64,000 bases of DNA from an uncultured Nitrososphaerota archaeon (GCA_963799845.1 CAWCYI010000004.1:1376001-1440000), one strand, 5' to 3'; positions 50,550 through 60,105 are shown, counted from the stretch's first letter. Made by a program: numbers and translations. The notes: generated by a model not told the origin, from the letters alone.

Positions 50550-51538
50550 ATAATAGCTGGAAATGCGGGTGTCGTTTGCGGAGCGAGCAGCATCTGTTTC
50601 ATTTCCTCATCAACCCTCAAGAGGGAAAGTGAAAAACCCGCCATCTCGAGCGATGTCGCATAGTTACCTGCGGTTGCCCTAAAGACTCTAATTCCATCCA
50701 AATTCAGCATCTCCCTCACTTTCCTCGAAACAATCAAGAGCTCCATCAACGGCGTGCCACCCATGCCATTCACCAGAAGAAATATCTCCTCTCCCTTTTT
50801 GAGTCCCAAATCATTCGAAACTCTTCTGTAAAGAATTTCAGCAATAATGTCCGCTGACGCGATCTCCATCCTCTCTACGCCGGCCTCTCCATGCATTCCG
50901 ATACCAACTTCCATCTGATTCTCGCCGATTGAGAAGATGGGCTTCCCTACCGAGGGATTGATGCACGAAGAAAGCGCAACTCCCATTGTCCTAACATTCG
51001 AAATGACATGATCCGCGAGCCTCTTCACATCGTCAAGAGTCGCTCCCGTCTCGGCTTTGGCGCCAGCGATCTTGTGAACGAGAACCGTACCCGCAACACC
51101 TCGCCTATTCTCGGGTTCTTTGATCGCAATATCATCATTAACAATGACGTGTGATAATTCGATTCCCGATGCCGCCGCGAGCTCCTCAGCGATCCTGAAA
51201 TTCATGATGTCACCCGAGTAGTTCTTGATAATCAGCAACACTCCCCGGCCCCCATTGACGAAAGACACAGCTCTGAGAATCTGATCCGGAGGCGGTGCGC
51301 TGAATACTGCTCCGGAAACAGCCGCATCCAGCATACCCTTCCCAACGTAACCGCTATGGAGAGGCTCATGACCACTGCCGCCGCCGCTGACAAGAGCGAC
51401 CTTGTCTTTTACGGGAGAATCGATCCTTACAGTTATTCCTGTTCCCCTGATTGTACGAAGAATCATGGGATAGAGGGCAGCCAGCCCTTCCAGTTCTTCA
51501 GCTACCACGTTCCCGGGTTCATTCACGAATTTTTTCAA
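50546..51538 (-). CDS. dhaK: Dihydroxyacetone kinase DHA-binding subunit
   Basis: MKKFVN, SGGGSGHEP.H.GYVG.GML, KNYSGD.MNF, RRGVAG, G.HGE.G, TSLEMAGFS. Confidence 0.95.
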   Translation of the reverse strand: MKKFVNEPGNVVAEELEGLAALYPMILRTIRGTGITVRIDSPVKDKVALVSGGGSGHEPLHSGYVGKGMLDAAVSGAVFSAPPPDQILRAVSFVNGGRGVLLIIKNYSGDIMNFRIAEELAAASGIELSHVIVNDDIAIKEPENRRGVAGTVLVHKIAGAKAETGATLDDVKRLADHVISNVRTMGVALSSCINPSVGKPIFSIGENQMEVGIGMHGEAGVERMEIASADIIAEILYRRVSNDLGLKKGEEIFLLVNGMGGTPLMELLIVSRKVREMLNLDGIRVFRATAGNYATSLEMAGFSLSLLRVDEEMKQMLLAPQTTPAFPAII

Positions 51539-52462
51539 ACATCGGATCGATTCCTCGAATAGTACTTACGTCTAGCCCGTTCGACCATTTCATCCTCCCG
51601 TTCCGAGTACGGGATGTAGCCCTGACCGACCTGGATAGAACTGACATTTGCACCGATTACTTCTCTCATGGACTTGTTAAGTTCGAAACCTACATAATGT
51701 CGAAAATTAGCTTTCGCAACGACGGCTGTTGTCCCATTTCCCATGAAGGGATCTGGTACTACATCACCAGGGCGAGTCGAGAAATCGATGCATCGTTGGA
51801 TCAGTTCTTCTGGAAGTTTTGTGCCGTTCTTTACTTCCCCCTTTCTGTACGTTCGATTGATATCCCACACATCCAGAGGGTAGTGATTAATTTTGTTGAA
51901 GTAATAATTTTCAGTCTTTGAGAAAAACAAGACGTGATAATGACTGGTTACAAATTTTCTCTGTGTAAATACGCCAAATTGGTATCTCCAAATTATATGG
52001 TTGATTAGCAATAGCTTCGCGTCTCTTGCGGCATTCAGAATATCAATCAAGTTCGTCCATCCACTGAATATCCAAGCGGTAGATGTTGGTTTCATTATTC
52101 GTGGAAGTACTGCTATCCATTTCTTTGAAAATTCTGCGTAGTCTCCCCTCAGCTTCTTGATATCCACTTCGGACATATCTATCGTCCCGATTATAGATAG
52201 ATTCCTTTCCAGTAAATGAAAGACCGAAGGGCGGATCTGCGATAATACAGTCGATGCTATCACCGGGGAGTGCGTGCATTCCTGAAATACAATCACGATA
52301 TTGAATTTTGTCGACCGTAAGACAAGGCTCAGAAGCATAATATTTCGACATGGCTTGGGTGATGTCCCAATCTTCGGTGGGTTTGAAGTTCAGTGCTGCT
52401 AAATTTGGGATGTATTTATTCTTCCTAGCTTTCTTGAATCTTTGCTCAGGTTCAACTTTCAA
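51535..52462 (-). CDS. Orphan N4/N6 DNA methyltransferase, beta class (frameshift near 52145)
   Basis: DCIIADPPFG precedes DPFMGNGTT; NHIIW.Y.FG, DVW, TKLP; extra G in a G-run splits the gene. Start may be ATG 52351. Confidence 0.88.
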
Positions 52463-52785
52463 ATTGACTTGGCATCCTTTTCAATGTGCGGACGAAATAG
52501 GCATAGAGATCTTCTCGTCAAATAAATGAGTTTAATCACAGACACTGTCATCTTTTTAAGAAGCAAAGTGACCCTCGCTGGAGGAAAGTACGAGAGCTGG
52601 GTGCAGCTAACCTGTGAGCTCCAGCGGGACTGGAGTCGTCGGGACAACCGTACCGTCGTTCACTCAAATACTCTTCGACCCAGCTTCCCCTGATTATATC
52701 CTCGAACACCGAGAGCAACCCATCTATCGCACTAGCTGGGCGGATGCTGGCCATTTTATTGTAGCCTCTTGCTGCTGTAGCAATC

Positions 52786-53520
52786 CTACTTGGTACGGAC
52801 CCAGGCGGGATCGCCCCTAGAAAGCGTTCGCGCCATCACCGCGACAATCATCGTAATAATTAGGGCGATCACAATAGGATAGACAATGGAAACATAAAGT
52901 ATCATCAGACTTCCGATGAGAGCTCCGATAAACATAGCTAACACGGATATCAAACGGCGGCCCAATCTCGATCCGCTCCCGCCCACGACATGACTGTCTG
53001 CAGCAATCCCAACGATGGTCAAGGTGAGCACGGTTGTCGTCAGATCAGGTACTGCAAGCTTGCGGGCAGAGGCGTTCTGGATTCCCATCGTGATACCTAA
53101 CGCGATTATTAGGCAGTAGCTGTAGACTAGTTGTATCGGATTCTGGGACAGTGCTGAAAGGACTGCTGAGACACCGAGGAAGAACACTTGCAGGGCAGTA
53201 GAAATTCTGAGCAGATGCCCTCTGTGTCCACTAGTGCGCGAACCGACTAAACCTCCAACTAGGCTGCCGACAATAAACGAGCCCAACGCAATGAGGGAGG
53301 AAATAACCGAGAAGCCTTGGGCGCCAGCTAGAGCGAATGCAAGGAACACCACGTTGCCGGTCATATTTGCGACGAATACGTGACCAAGAACCAGATAACT
53401 GAACGAGTCGACCAGACCAGTGACCAGAGTCATCGCTACCAGCATCGGAGGCAGCGGGCCATCTTTGGAGTCGGAGCGAGGCAAGAGCGTCTCGCGTACT
53501 TCTGAAAAGAAACTACTCAT
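52786..53520 (-). CDS. YoaK/DUF1275 family membrane protein
   Basis: TGLVD.FSYL.LGHVFVANMTGNVV, MGIQN, TTTVLT. Confidence 0.9.
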   Translation of the reverse strand: MSSFFSEVRETLLPRSDSKDGPLPPMLVAMTLVTGLVDSFSYLVLGHVFVANMTGNVVFLAFALAGAQGFSVISSLIALGSFIVGSLVGGLVGSRTSGHRGHLLRISTALQVFFLGVSAVLSALSQNPIQLVYSYCLIIALGITMGIQNASARKLAVPDLTTTVLTLTIVGIAADSHVVGGSGSRLGRRLISVLAMFIGALIGSLMILYVSIVYPIVIALIITMIVAVMARTLSRGDPAWVRTK

Positions 53521-53575
53521 TGATGGAAAACTCTGATAATATTGGGCAGTCTCGGTCTAACTGACACTCATAGTA

Positions 53576-53625
53576 GTTGGACCTCTTAGGGTCTCCAACC
53601 GTAATAACTTTTCCAACTAGTTGGA
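53576..53625 (-). promoter_or_regulatory. BRE/TATA flanked by TCCAAC/GTTGGA operator palindromes
   Basis: Perfect palindrome TCCAACTAGTTGGA (53612-53625); GAAAAG-TTATTA on the minus strand; GTTGGA...TCCAAC (53576-53599). Confidence 0.55.
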
Positions 53626-53712
53626 TCTGCTTGGTTTACAGTTGTTTCAGGATTTTACGATCTTGCGAGCTTCCTGAAAACAGTCCAAGATATCTCTAGT
53701 CACTGGGATATC

Positions 53713-54708
53713 TTAATTATTTTTTGCGAGGCGCTTACCTATTTCCTCACCGAGCCAATCTTGCACGACGATGAGCTCCTTCATGATGCCCATCTTTACA
53801 TTATTGACGCCGTCAAGACCCTTTATCCATTTAGTGATGTCATCAGCCTCTGACGCGTTGTCGAACAACCCTACGAATTTCGAGTACTGTCTTGAACTTG
53901 TATCGGAGAGCTCGTTTCGATGCAGCTCTGTGAGTATGAGTCTGTCGACCGCACGCTTTTTCTCCTCATCCCGACAGAACACCAAAAAGACGCAGCTTAC
54001 ACCCACGACTGTCCTAAAGTTTGGGGCACCCTGAAGGTAAACCGCGCGTCCGTCTTTCATTAATGTGAGCCGTCTCCCAATCGTGCGGACGGACACGCCG
54101 ATCGAATCTGAGACTTCTTCAAGGTTCTTCCTGGCATCTCCCTGCATAGCTTCCACTATCTTCCAGTCAGTCTTGGTCATCCGAATACCCGAGCGAGGAA
54201 AGCCCAATTTCCAGAATGTCAGTTCCTTTGAGCCGCAGATTGATCTAATGAGCTCGGTCTTCGTTCTCAATGCATCTCCATTTTGGTAGTAAAACGTCAC
54301 CTGCAATCCTCTCCCCCGGGAGTCAAGGATCTTGATGACTCCATCGACCCGCCTGATCTCGGCGATCGCTTCATCCTTCTTCTCTTCCTCTTCAACATCC
54401 AAATCCAAACTCGCTGCCTCACAATCTATCAGACGGGGATTGACCATCATCCTCCAGCTGGGCAGCGGCCCCAGATCCTCAGCTCGCTTGAGCCTCTTCC
54501 TGACGGTCTCTTCATCGACGCCGAGCCTCCTTGCAATGTTGGAATAAGATTCCCTGACATTCCATTGAAACGAGCCGGGGCTTCCGAGTTCTTTGATTAT
54601 CCTGATGTCAAGGTCGTCCAGGCGGTGCAAGACTATGCTGAAATCCGAAGGCGATGCGTTAAGGCTGTCGGAATTCCTCTCCACCCTAGGGTCAGAGTTA
54701 AGAGTCAC
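53713..54708 (-). CDS. Lrp/AsnC-type regulator with tandem wHTH modules
   Basis: LDDLDIRII.EL...IARRLGVDEETVRKR; TDWKIV...DAR...VS..IGVS.RT..RRL. Confidence 0.85.
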   Translation of the reverse strand: MTLNSDPRVERNSDSLNASPSDFSIVLHRLDDLDIRIIKELGSPGSFQWNVRESYSNIARRLGVDEETVRKRLKRAEDLGPLPSWRMMVNPRLIDCEAASLDLDVEEEEKKDEAIAEIRRVDGVIKILDSRGRGLQVTFYYQNGDALRTKTELIRSICGSKELTFWKLGFPRSGIRMTKTDWKIVEAMQGDARKNLEEVSDSIGVSVRTIGRRLTLMKDGRAVYLQGAPNFRTVVGVSCVFLVFCRDEEKKRAVDRLILTELHRNELSDTSSRQYSKFVGLFDNASEADDITKWIKGLDGVNNVKMGIMKELIVVQDWLGEEIGKRLAKNN

Positions 54709-54726
54709 GGATCGGTATCAAGATGC

Positions 54727-55068
54727 ATGCAATCAACGAATAACGCAAAGGAAGTCGTACTTTCTTACATCAAGGCACTGGACAGCCAGGATTATAATGC
54801 TGCCAGGCGCTTTATGAATGATCGTTTGCCTATCAAAGGGCCTGGCGAGTTAATCGACAAACCGGAAGAACTCCTCAAGATGCTACAGAAATACCGTGGG
54901 AAGTACGACGTGAAGAAAGTCATCGCAGACGGCGACGATGTGTGTCTGCTCTACGACCTGACTACAAGTACCCCTGCTCTAACTGTGCTGATGTGCAGTT
55001 GGTATCACGTCAAAGACGGAAGAATAGATTCGATCCAGACAATTTTTGACCCTCGTCCCTACGCTTGA
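54727..55068 (+). CDS. NTF2/SnoaL-like protein
   Basis: AKEVV.SYI.AL, ADGDDVCLLYD, W..VKDGRI.SI...FDPRP; divergent from the Lrp gene. Confidence 0.85.
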   Translation: MQSTNNAKEVVLSYIKALDSQDYNAARRFMNDRLPIKGPGELIDKPEELLKMLQKYRGKYDVKKVIADGDDVCLLYDLTTSTPALTVLMCSWYHVKDGRIDSIQTIFDPRPYA

Positions 55069-55080
55069 ACTTCACGAAAA

Positions 55081-55281
55081 TTATACGGATGATTCTTGAT
55101 TATGCAATTTCTTCTCTCTGAAGTTGCTCCAAGCTGTACCCAAGAGAACCACGGCAAAACCGGAAGCACCAGCTATTGCCGGTTCAGCGATTTTTAGGAC
55201 AGATAGAACTATTACGATCGCAGCTCCTAAAAGAGCGGCCCCAACCACTAGGAAAGAGTAACTGCCTTTATTCAAGTTCAA
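55081..55281 (-). CDS. Small 2-TM membrane protein
   Basis: Two hydrophobic helices; TTG start assumed. Confidence 0.55.
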   Translation of the reverse strand: MNLNKGSYSFLVVGAALLGAAIVIVLSVLKIAEPAIAGASGFAVVLLGTAWSNFREKKLHNQESSV

Positions 55282-55478
55282 TTCACCTATTCTTGCATTA
55301 TGGATCGCACAAATAACAGATAAAGTAAAGATACAAATCTCATTTTTGAGAATCAGCTCAATCTCCAAGCTTAATATGGAATGAAAGTGGGCTCCTGTAA
55401 TCTACGAGACAGACTGCGAAATATGATTCACAAAAAATCACACCTTATCGAAAATGGAAAGATCGTTTCTCTTTCGCA

Positions 55479-56255
55479 TCATGTTTCCCAATCCGCAAGC
55501 ACATTTTTAATTGGGTTGAATGCTCTGATGAGCTTCGAAAGGACCGAGGGTGACTGTATGCTTGGCTTCCAAGCTTTTTCCGTCAACAGATCGCTTATTA
55601 CAAACACCGCTGATGTCTCTATTCCCCTTACTTGGCCTACTGCAAAAACGGCAGAAGACTCCATCTCCACGGTCATCACGCCCTCAGACCTGTAGTGAAT
55701 TAGTTCCTTCACTGTTTCGCGATATGGGGCGTCGATAGTCCAGCTCGATCCCTTGTACACTCTCCTGAACGTTTTCGAAAGCGATCCAAACAAAGCTCCC
55801 GTCAAGCCTTTGGTGGCAAAGGCATACTTTGCATTCTTGACATAGTGGTGGGAAGTTCCCTCATCCCTTATGCTCTTGGTGCAGACAACGACGTCTCCCG
55901 GCCTTAGTTTTTCGTTTAATCCGCCGGCCATCCCAAGAATCACGAAACGCTTGGCTCCCCACGCGATCAACTCTTCCATGTGCATGACAGTTGAAGGAGC
56001 TCCCACACCGAAACCAGCCAGGATTCCAACTTTATTTCCGGTTCCGCCAACGGAATAGAGTTTGGTCTCTACATTATCGAAAATCCCTGGTATCACGCTG
56101 ATCTGATGAATATTTTGAATCTGATCATTTAGGCGCTTTGAATAACAGAGGACAATGCTCTGAGGCATAACGAGGGGCATTCTCCCGACCCGCTTTGAGT
56201 ACTTGAGATATTCCTTTGTGGAAATGATGGGACTTTCTGAATGCTTCCCCCTCAT
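55479..56255 (-). CDS. Nucleoside phosphorylase (PNP_UDP_1 family)
   Basis: GVGAP...MEELIA.G, IRDEGTS.HY, W.IDAPYRET, VEME, ISD. Confidence 0.9.
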   Translation of the reverse strand: MRGKHSESPIISTKEYLKYSKRVGRMPLVMPQSIVLCYSKRLNDQIQNIHQISVIPGIFDNVETKLYSVGGTGNKVGILAGFGVGAPSTVMHMEELIAWGAKRFVILGMAGGLNEKLRPGDVVVCTKSIRDEGTSHHYVKNAKYAFATKGLTGALFGSLSKTFRRVYKGSSWTIDAPYRETVKELIHYRSEGVMTVEMESSAVFAVGQVRGIETSAVFVISDLLTEKAWKPSIQSPSVLSKLIRAFNPIKNVLADWET

Positions 56256-56317
56256 CTTAGGATAGGATAATTTATTGTCACCTTTGGTAAGTGCGTCGTG
56301 TGGTTAGCATCATGATT

Positions 56318-57076
56318 TTATTTCTTCTTATATGAAACGGAGACAATCCCCGGACTTTTTTCCGTGAATTTTTCCTTACGAAAACTTCCAAATACTTCGT
56401 CTACCTCAAATCCCGTACGCTGCAAGAGTTTCAGGAGCTCGTCATGAAATATGTAGCGACCTTGGATTCTGACAATGGATCTTTTGATCGAGCCATTAGG
56501 TCTGACTAGGTCATAAATTGCAGTTGAGTCGATTAGCTGCTTTTCTAAATCTGGGCTGTCAGAGGAGAAACGAAGAAACGTATTACCGTTTTTTAATTTG
56601 TTGAGGTGATCTAATCTCAATATGTGTTGAGGCCTAGATAGATCAGGGTTGAATATGTCAAGAATTAACACGCCATTATCTTCGAGATGATTTGCGATGC
56701 ATCGTAAACTCTTTTCTTCGTCCTCGATTGAGGTATTTTGTATGAACGATGCGAACGCGATGAAGGCGAGCTTGAATTTTCTATCCATGGAGAAGTTTCG
56801 CATGTCTCCCTTGACCAAGTGTACTCGCTTTCTAACGGATTGATTCTCCTTCAGCAGTTTAGACCGGCACACACGAAGCATCTTTTCGTTCATGTCGAGA
56901 CCAGTGATGTCGAAGCCAGCTCTCGCTATTTGTATAGCAAGTCTGCCAGTACCCGAACAGCATTCCAGAACAGGTCCGCCAGTCTTTGCGCAGTACTCCA
57001 GATAAAGTGGAATGTCGTCTTGTCTGTCGTAGACCTGATCATAGAAGGGGGCTTCTACGTCATATCGATCGATCAT
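56318..57076 (-). CDS. Class I SAM-dependent methyltransferase
   Basis: FYD, VLECCSGTGR, GLD, GDMR.F, HL..NG.LILD. Confidence 0.9.
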   Translation of the reverse strand: MIDRYDVEAPFYDQVYDRQDDIPLYLEYCAKTGGPVLECCSGTGRLAIQIARAGFDITGLDMNEKMLRVCRSKLLKENQSVRKRVHLVKGDMRNFSMDRKFKLAFIAFASFIQNTSIEDEEKSLRCIANHLEDNGVLILDIFNPDLSRPQHILRLDHLNKLKNGNTFLRFSSDSPDLEKQLIDSTAIYDLVRPNGSIKRSIVRIQGRYIFHDELLKLLQRTGFEVDEVFGSFRKEKFTEKSPGIVSVSYKKK

Positions 57077-57217
57077 GGGCTTGGAATAGATTTACGCCCC
57101 TATATTACCGTGGGCAGTTTCAAATAGTCATTCGGTTTTCAGAGCTTCGCACGAATTCAAAAAGCGCTAATAATAAGAATCTGATCCGTCCAGGCAGAAT
57201 AAATCGGGAAAAGGAAC

Positions 57218-57328
57218 TTGTCAAAGGAAACCAAAAAATCCGATAATCCTTACGGCAAGACGATAACGATACTGGTGATCCTCCTAATCGTGGTTTTCGT
57301 CGTGCTTGGCTTTCTTCAAGCTTACTGA
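57218..57328 (+). CDS. 36-aa single-TM micro-protein
   Basis: MSKETKKSDNPYGKTITILVILLIVVFVVLGFLQAY; below the ORF-track cutoff. Confidence 0.6.
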   Translation: MSKETKKSDNPYGKTITILVILLIVVFVVLGFLQAY

Positions 57329-57353
57329 CAAACGAGCTAGGCTGGGGAGATCG

Positions 57354-57470
57354 ATGTCGGACAAACCGGAAGGAAAAAATCGCAGTGACAGGATCGTCCT
57401 CATCCTTGTGATAGTTTTCATTCTCCTCTTTGCATTTCTGGGTTTCATACTGCCGTTGTTTTTCTTTTGA
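57354..57470 (+). CDS. 38-aa single-TM micro-protein
   Basis: MSDKPEGKNRSDRIVLILVIVFILLFAFLGFILPLFFF, preceded by SD-like GGGGAG. Confidence 0.65.
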   Translation: MSDKPEGKNRSDRIVLILVIVFILLFAFLGFILPLFFF

Positions 57471-57503
57471 GATTGACGATGAGGAGTCTTCTGCAGTTAT
57501 GGA

Positions 57504-58049
57504 CTATGCCAAAGTTCCTGCTACAATGGAAGGACAAGTTATCGAACCCTGAGGCGGCAACGACCTGCAGTCAAAGCGAATATTCAGCACTCCCAAAACT
57601 GGTTCAGCTAATGTCGCGTTTCCCTTTGCCTCCCAGGAGATCTGATTGCCGTAGCTCAAGAAGTACGACCAGAGCACATGGGAACTTCCAGATAGAATCA
57701 CATCGAGGTTCGTGTTGATCGTCGTCGAGGCGTGTGCGAGGATCTTGACATGTTGGGTGATTACGCCTGCACCTAAGTAATTTCCATTTCCATACAAGAG
57801 GTACGACGCATTTTCGAGCGTCGCCGAGATAGGCGTGGGATTGTCGAGACTGAACTGGATTTGTAGTTTCGTACTCGAGAATCCGATCGATTCTATTCCA
57901 ACCACACCGAATTGAGAAATTGACACCTGATCAGTTTTTGCCAACTGGCCCGCGGCGGAAAGCTGCTCCTGATAGTATACAGCGCTGACCAGCAGAACTG
58001 CTACAAATATCAGGAAAGCGATGGTACCTATTTCTGCTCGCCCGCTCAT
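57504..58049 (-). CDS. LEA type 2 (WHy) domain membrane protein
   Basis: N-terminal TM; L.NPTPI.ATL....Y.LY.NG.YLG.G. Confidence 0.8.
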   Translation of the reverse strand: MSGRAEIGTIAFLIFVAVLLVSAVYYQEQLSAAGQLAKTDQVSISQFGVVGIESIGFSSTKLQIQFSLDNPTPISATLENASYLLYGNGNYLGAGVITQHVKILAHASTTINTNLDVILSGSSHVLWSYFLSYGNQISWEAKGNATLAEPVLGVLNIRFDCRSLPPQGSITCPSIVAGTLA

Positions 58050-58195
58050 CTTAGAACCGAGTCCTCAAGATGCTCCGTAATGATCAAGCTTCTCTGCATT
58101 TTCAAGCATACCAAGAAAATAGCATTGCGGATCGAGTCAACGGAAGATAAGAACGAATAACATGAAAACAGGAGGGATTCCAGTTCCAATCCCGA

Positions 58196-58318
58196 CTACC
58201 ACATCGTTGTCTGTTTGAACGGTCTCGGCTCTCGTTTGTGACTCGTTCCACACCTTCTCTTATGCCTTGTGATCTTCTTCTCGCTTATGAGCTTACCACA
58301 CTTTGGGCAGGTAGGCAT
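58196..58318 (-). CDS. 40-aa C2HC zinc-finger micro-protein
   Basis: MPTCPKCGKLISEKKITRHKRRCGTSH...; C-x2-C-x11-H-x3-C; AGGAGGT SD directly upstream. Confidence 0.7.
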   Translation of the reverse strand: MPTCPKCGKLISEKKITRHKRRCGTSHKREPRPFKQTTMW

Positions 58319-58427
58319 GGACCTCCTATTGGTTTGTTAGATATAATACAGATTTTGGTTTTCATCGCTAGGGAATTTGCAACACATCACTTTTTTTGGT
58401 CGCTTACTCCTCTGTTCCCCATAGGAG

Positions 58428-58640
58428 GTGTCATGTATAGCAGGATTCACGACAGAATCACCAAGCAAGCAATTCGTCATCTTGGCAGAGTCGGGCAGAT
58501 GCGAGAACCTCTTGCAGGCTTTGGAGACCAGGATAGCTAATGGCTATCGAGTTGTTCAGTGCTGGGGTTCCGGTGGCGGACAGGGCCTTTTCGGTTCATC
58601 AAGCAATATGACCTATGTGTTGCTCGAGAAGGTCAATTGA
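58428..58640 (+). CDS. Small hypothetical protein (DUF4177-like pattern), start ambiguous
   Basis: KQFVIL...LE.RI.NGYRVV...YVLLEK; the ATG at 58433 after the SD is out of frame with this ORF. Confidence 0.55.
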   Translation: MSCIAGFTTESPSKQFVILAESGRCENLLQALETRIANGYRVVQCWGSGGGQGLFGSSSNMTYVLLEKVN

Positions 58641-58650
58641 CTTAGGGCGC

Positions 58651-58680
58651 GTGGAGTTCCGACATCTTGTCGGACACCAC
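58651..58680. terminator. Hairpin between convergent genes
   Basis: GTGG..TCCGACA-TCT-TGTCGGA..CCAC between stops at 58640 and 58686. Confidence 0.4.
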
Positions 58681-58685
58681 ATCCG

Positions 58686-59111
58686 TCAACTGATTTTGCT
58701 GTAGGAAGGGAACTCTTCGACGAGTAAAATGATACTTCTCATTCCCCTCACGACCGCGATCTTTCCTTCTTCAATTACGGAATCCGATTCCGCAGACCAC
58801 AGCTCAGGATTCAGCACGCCATTTTTTTCTTCATATACCTTGACGATGCCCCTGTCGGCCCTTCCAGCAACTCGCTTGATGATTAGGCACTTTGAGCCTA
58901 GAATTTGTCTTGGCGTTACTGTTCCAAGGTGTATCATTTCCATAGATTCTACTAGAAATATTATCACAAATACGCACGCGCTCATCACGGCAGGGATGAT
59001 GAACCCATACGAATAGAGGACAAAAGAAGTCAGCACTAGCCCGCCCAGCACTACGAATGAATCTGGTCCGAACCGAGCGATCGTGAAAAAAGACGAAAGT
59101 CTATTGCTCAT
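58686..59111 (-). CDS. NfeD-like membrane protein (C-terminal OB fold)
   Basis: Two TM helices, then LG.K..., G.VK..., ELWSAES...I..G....V..M.SI.L.VE. Confidence 0.75.
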   Translation of the reverse strand: MSNRLSSFFTIARFGPDSFVVLGGLVLTSFVLYSYGFIIPAVMSACVFVIIFLVESMEMIHLGTVTPRQILGSKCLIIKRVAGRADRGIVKVYEEKNGVLNPELWSAESDSVIEEGKIAVVRGMRSIILLVEEFPSYSKIS

Positions 59112-59270
59112 GCTCGTACCCGACAATTTCTAAAATGACTTTTGTTCCTTTAAATGGATTTTATAGCCCTACAGAGTTTTCTCTCGTTGTTTGCTATTTA
59201 TTAACACCGACGGATGAAGCGCTTCAATCCGCAACACAAATCAGGTACGAACACGAACTGGTTGTCAGAT

Positions 59271-60105
59271 ATGGCCACTCCGGTATTTGATCAGATAGCG
59301 GACGTGTACGACGAGACGAGGAGAGAGCTCGGCGAGGCTACGCTGAGGGGGATAGAGGATAAGCTGACAAAGCATGGGTGCAGGTCCATTCTCGAAATAG
59401 GCGTCGGCACCGGACGCATCGCGCTTCCGCTTATCAAAAGTGGCTTCGAGGTTTCTGGCATGGACATCTCACGTCGGATGATGGAGAAGGCCAGAGCCAA
59501 AGGAATGAGGAGTCTCTTCCGAGCTGAAGGGAGTCAAGCTCCGTTCAGGGAGAAAAGTTTTGACGCAGTTCTAATGGCGCATGTCTTCCATCTACTTGAC
59601 GACCCTCAATCAGTAATGCGGGAGGCCGCGAGACTGAGCCGTGTAGGAGTATTCGCGCTAGTAAGAAAGAGAACTGAGGCTCATTCGTGGTCGTTCTACG
59701 GCGGTGATGACTCTGCCGAAAGAATGAGCGATGAAGATACAAGGAAATTCTTCGAAGAAAGAAGAGAGCGCTTCAGGAAGATTTTCAAAAAGTATGGCAA
59801 GGATCCTTCCCAAATCTTTCCAAACTGGAGGAAAGAAAAGGAGGTCCTCGATACCTATCCACCCGACGATCTAAAAATAGTGAGCGATGTAGTCGTGACC
59901 GAGAACATCGAGGACAGGATCGCTCGATTCGAGAAGGGCAGCTGACAGCTCCATACTGCGCATGCCGGTTGAAATGCGAAAAGAGATCGTCGAAGAAATG
60001 CGTACTTACTCTTCGTCACGCTTGGGTCAAGAAGCGAGGATGCAACCCCGACATGAAGTCTACCAGCTAGCATTATGGAACTCAAATAAGTTGCTTGCAT
60101 CCTAA
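59271..60105 (+). CDS. Class I SAM-dependent methyltransferase (frameshift near 59943)
   Basis: FD.IA..YDETR, ILEIGVGTGRIA.PL, FDAV...HVFHL; the tail continues in the shifted frame to TAA 60105. Confidence 0.87.

Noticed and set aside
52572-52630. GAGGAAAGT within a stem, reminiscent of RNase P RNA P4
   Set aside because: Continues GTAC rather than GTCC, and I found no matching 3' P4 strand (ACAGAA...GGCTTA).
54283-54726. Long N-terminal extension of the NTF2-like ORF
   Set aside because: Overlaps the Lrp gene antisense; the real start is most likely ATG 54727.
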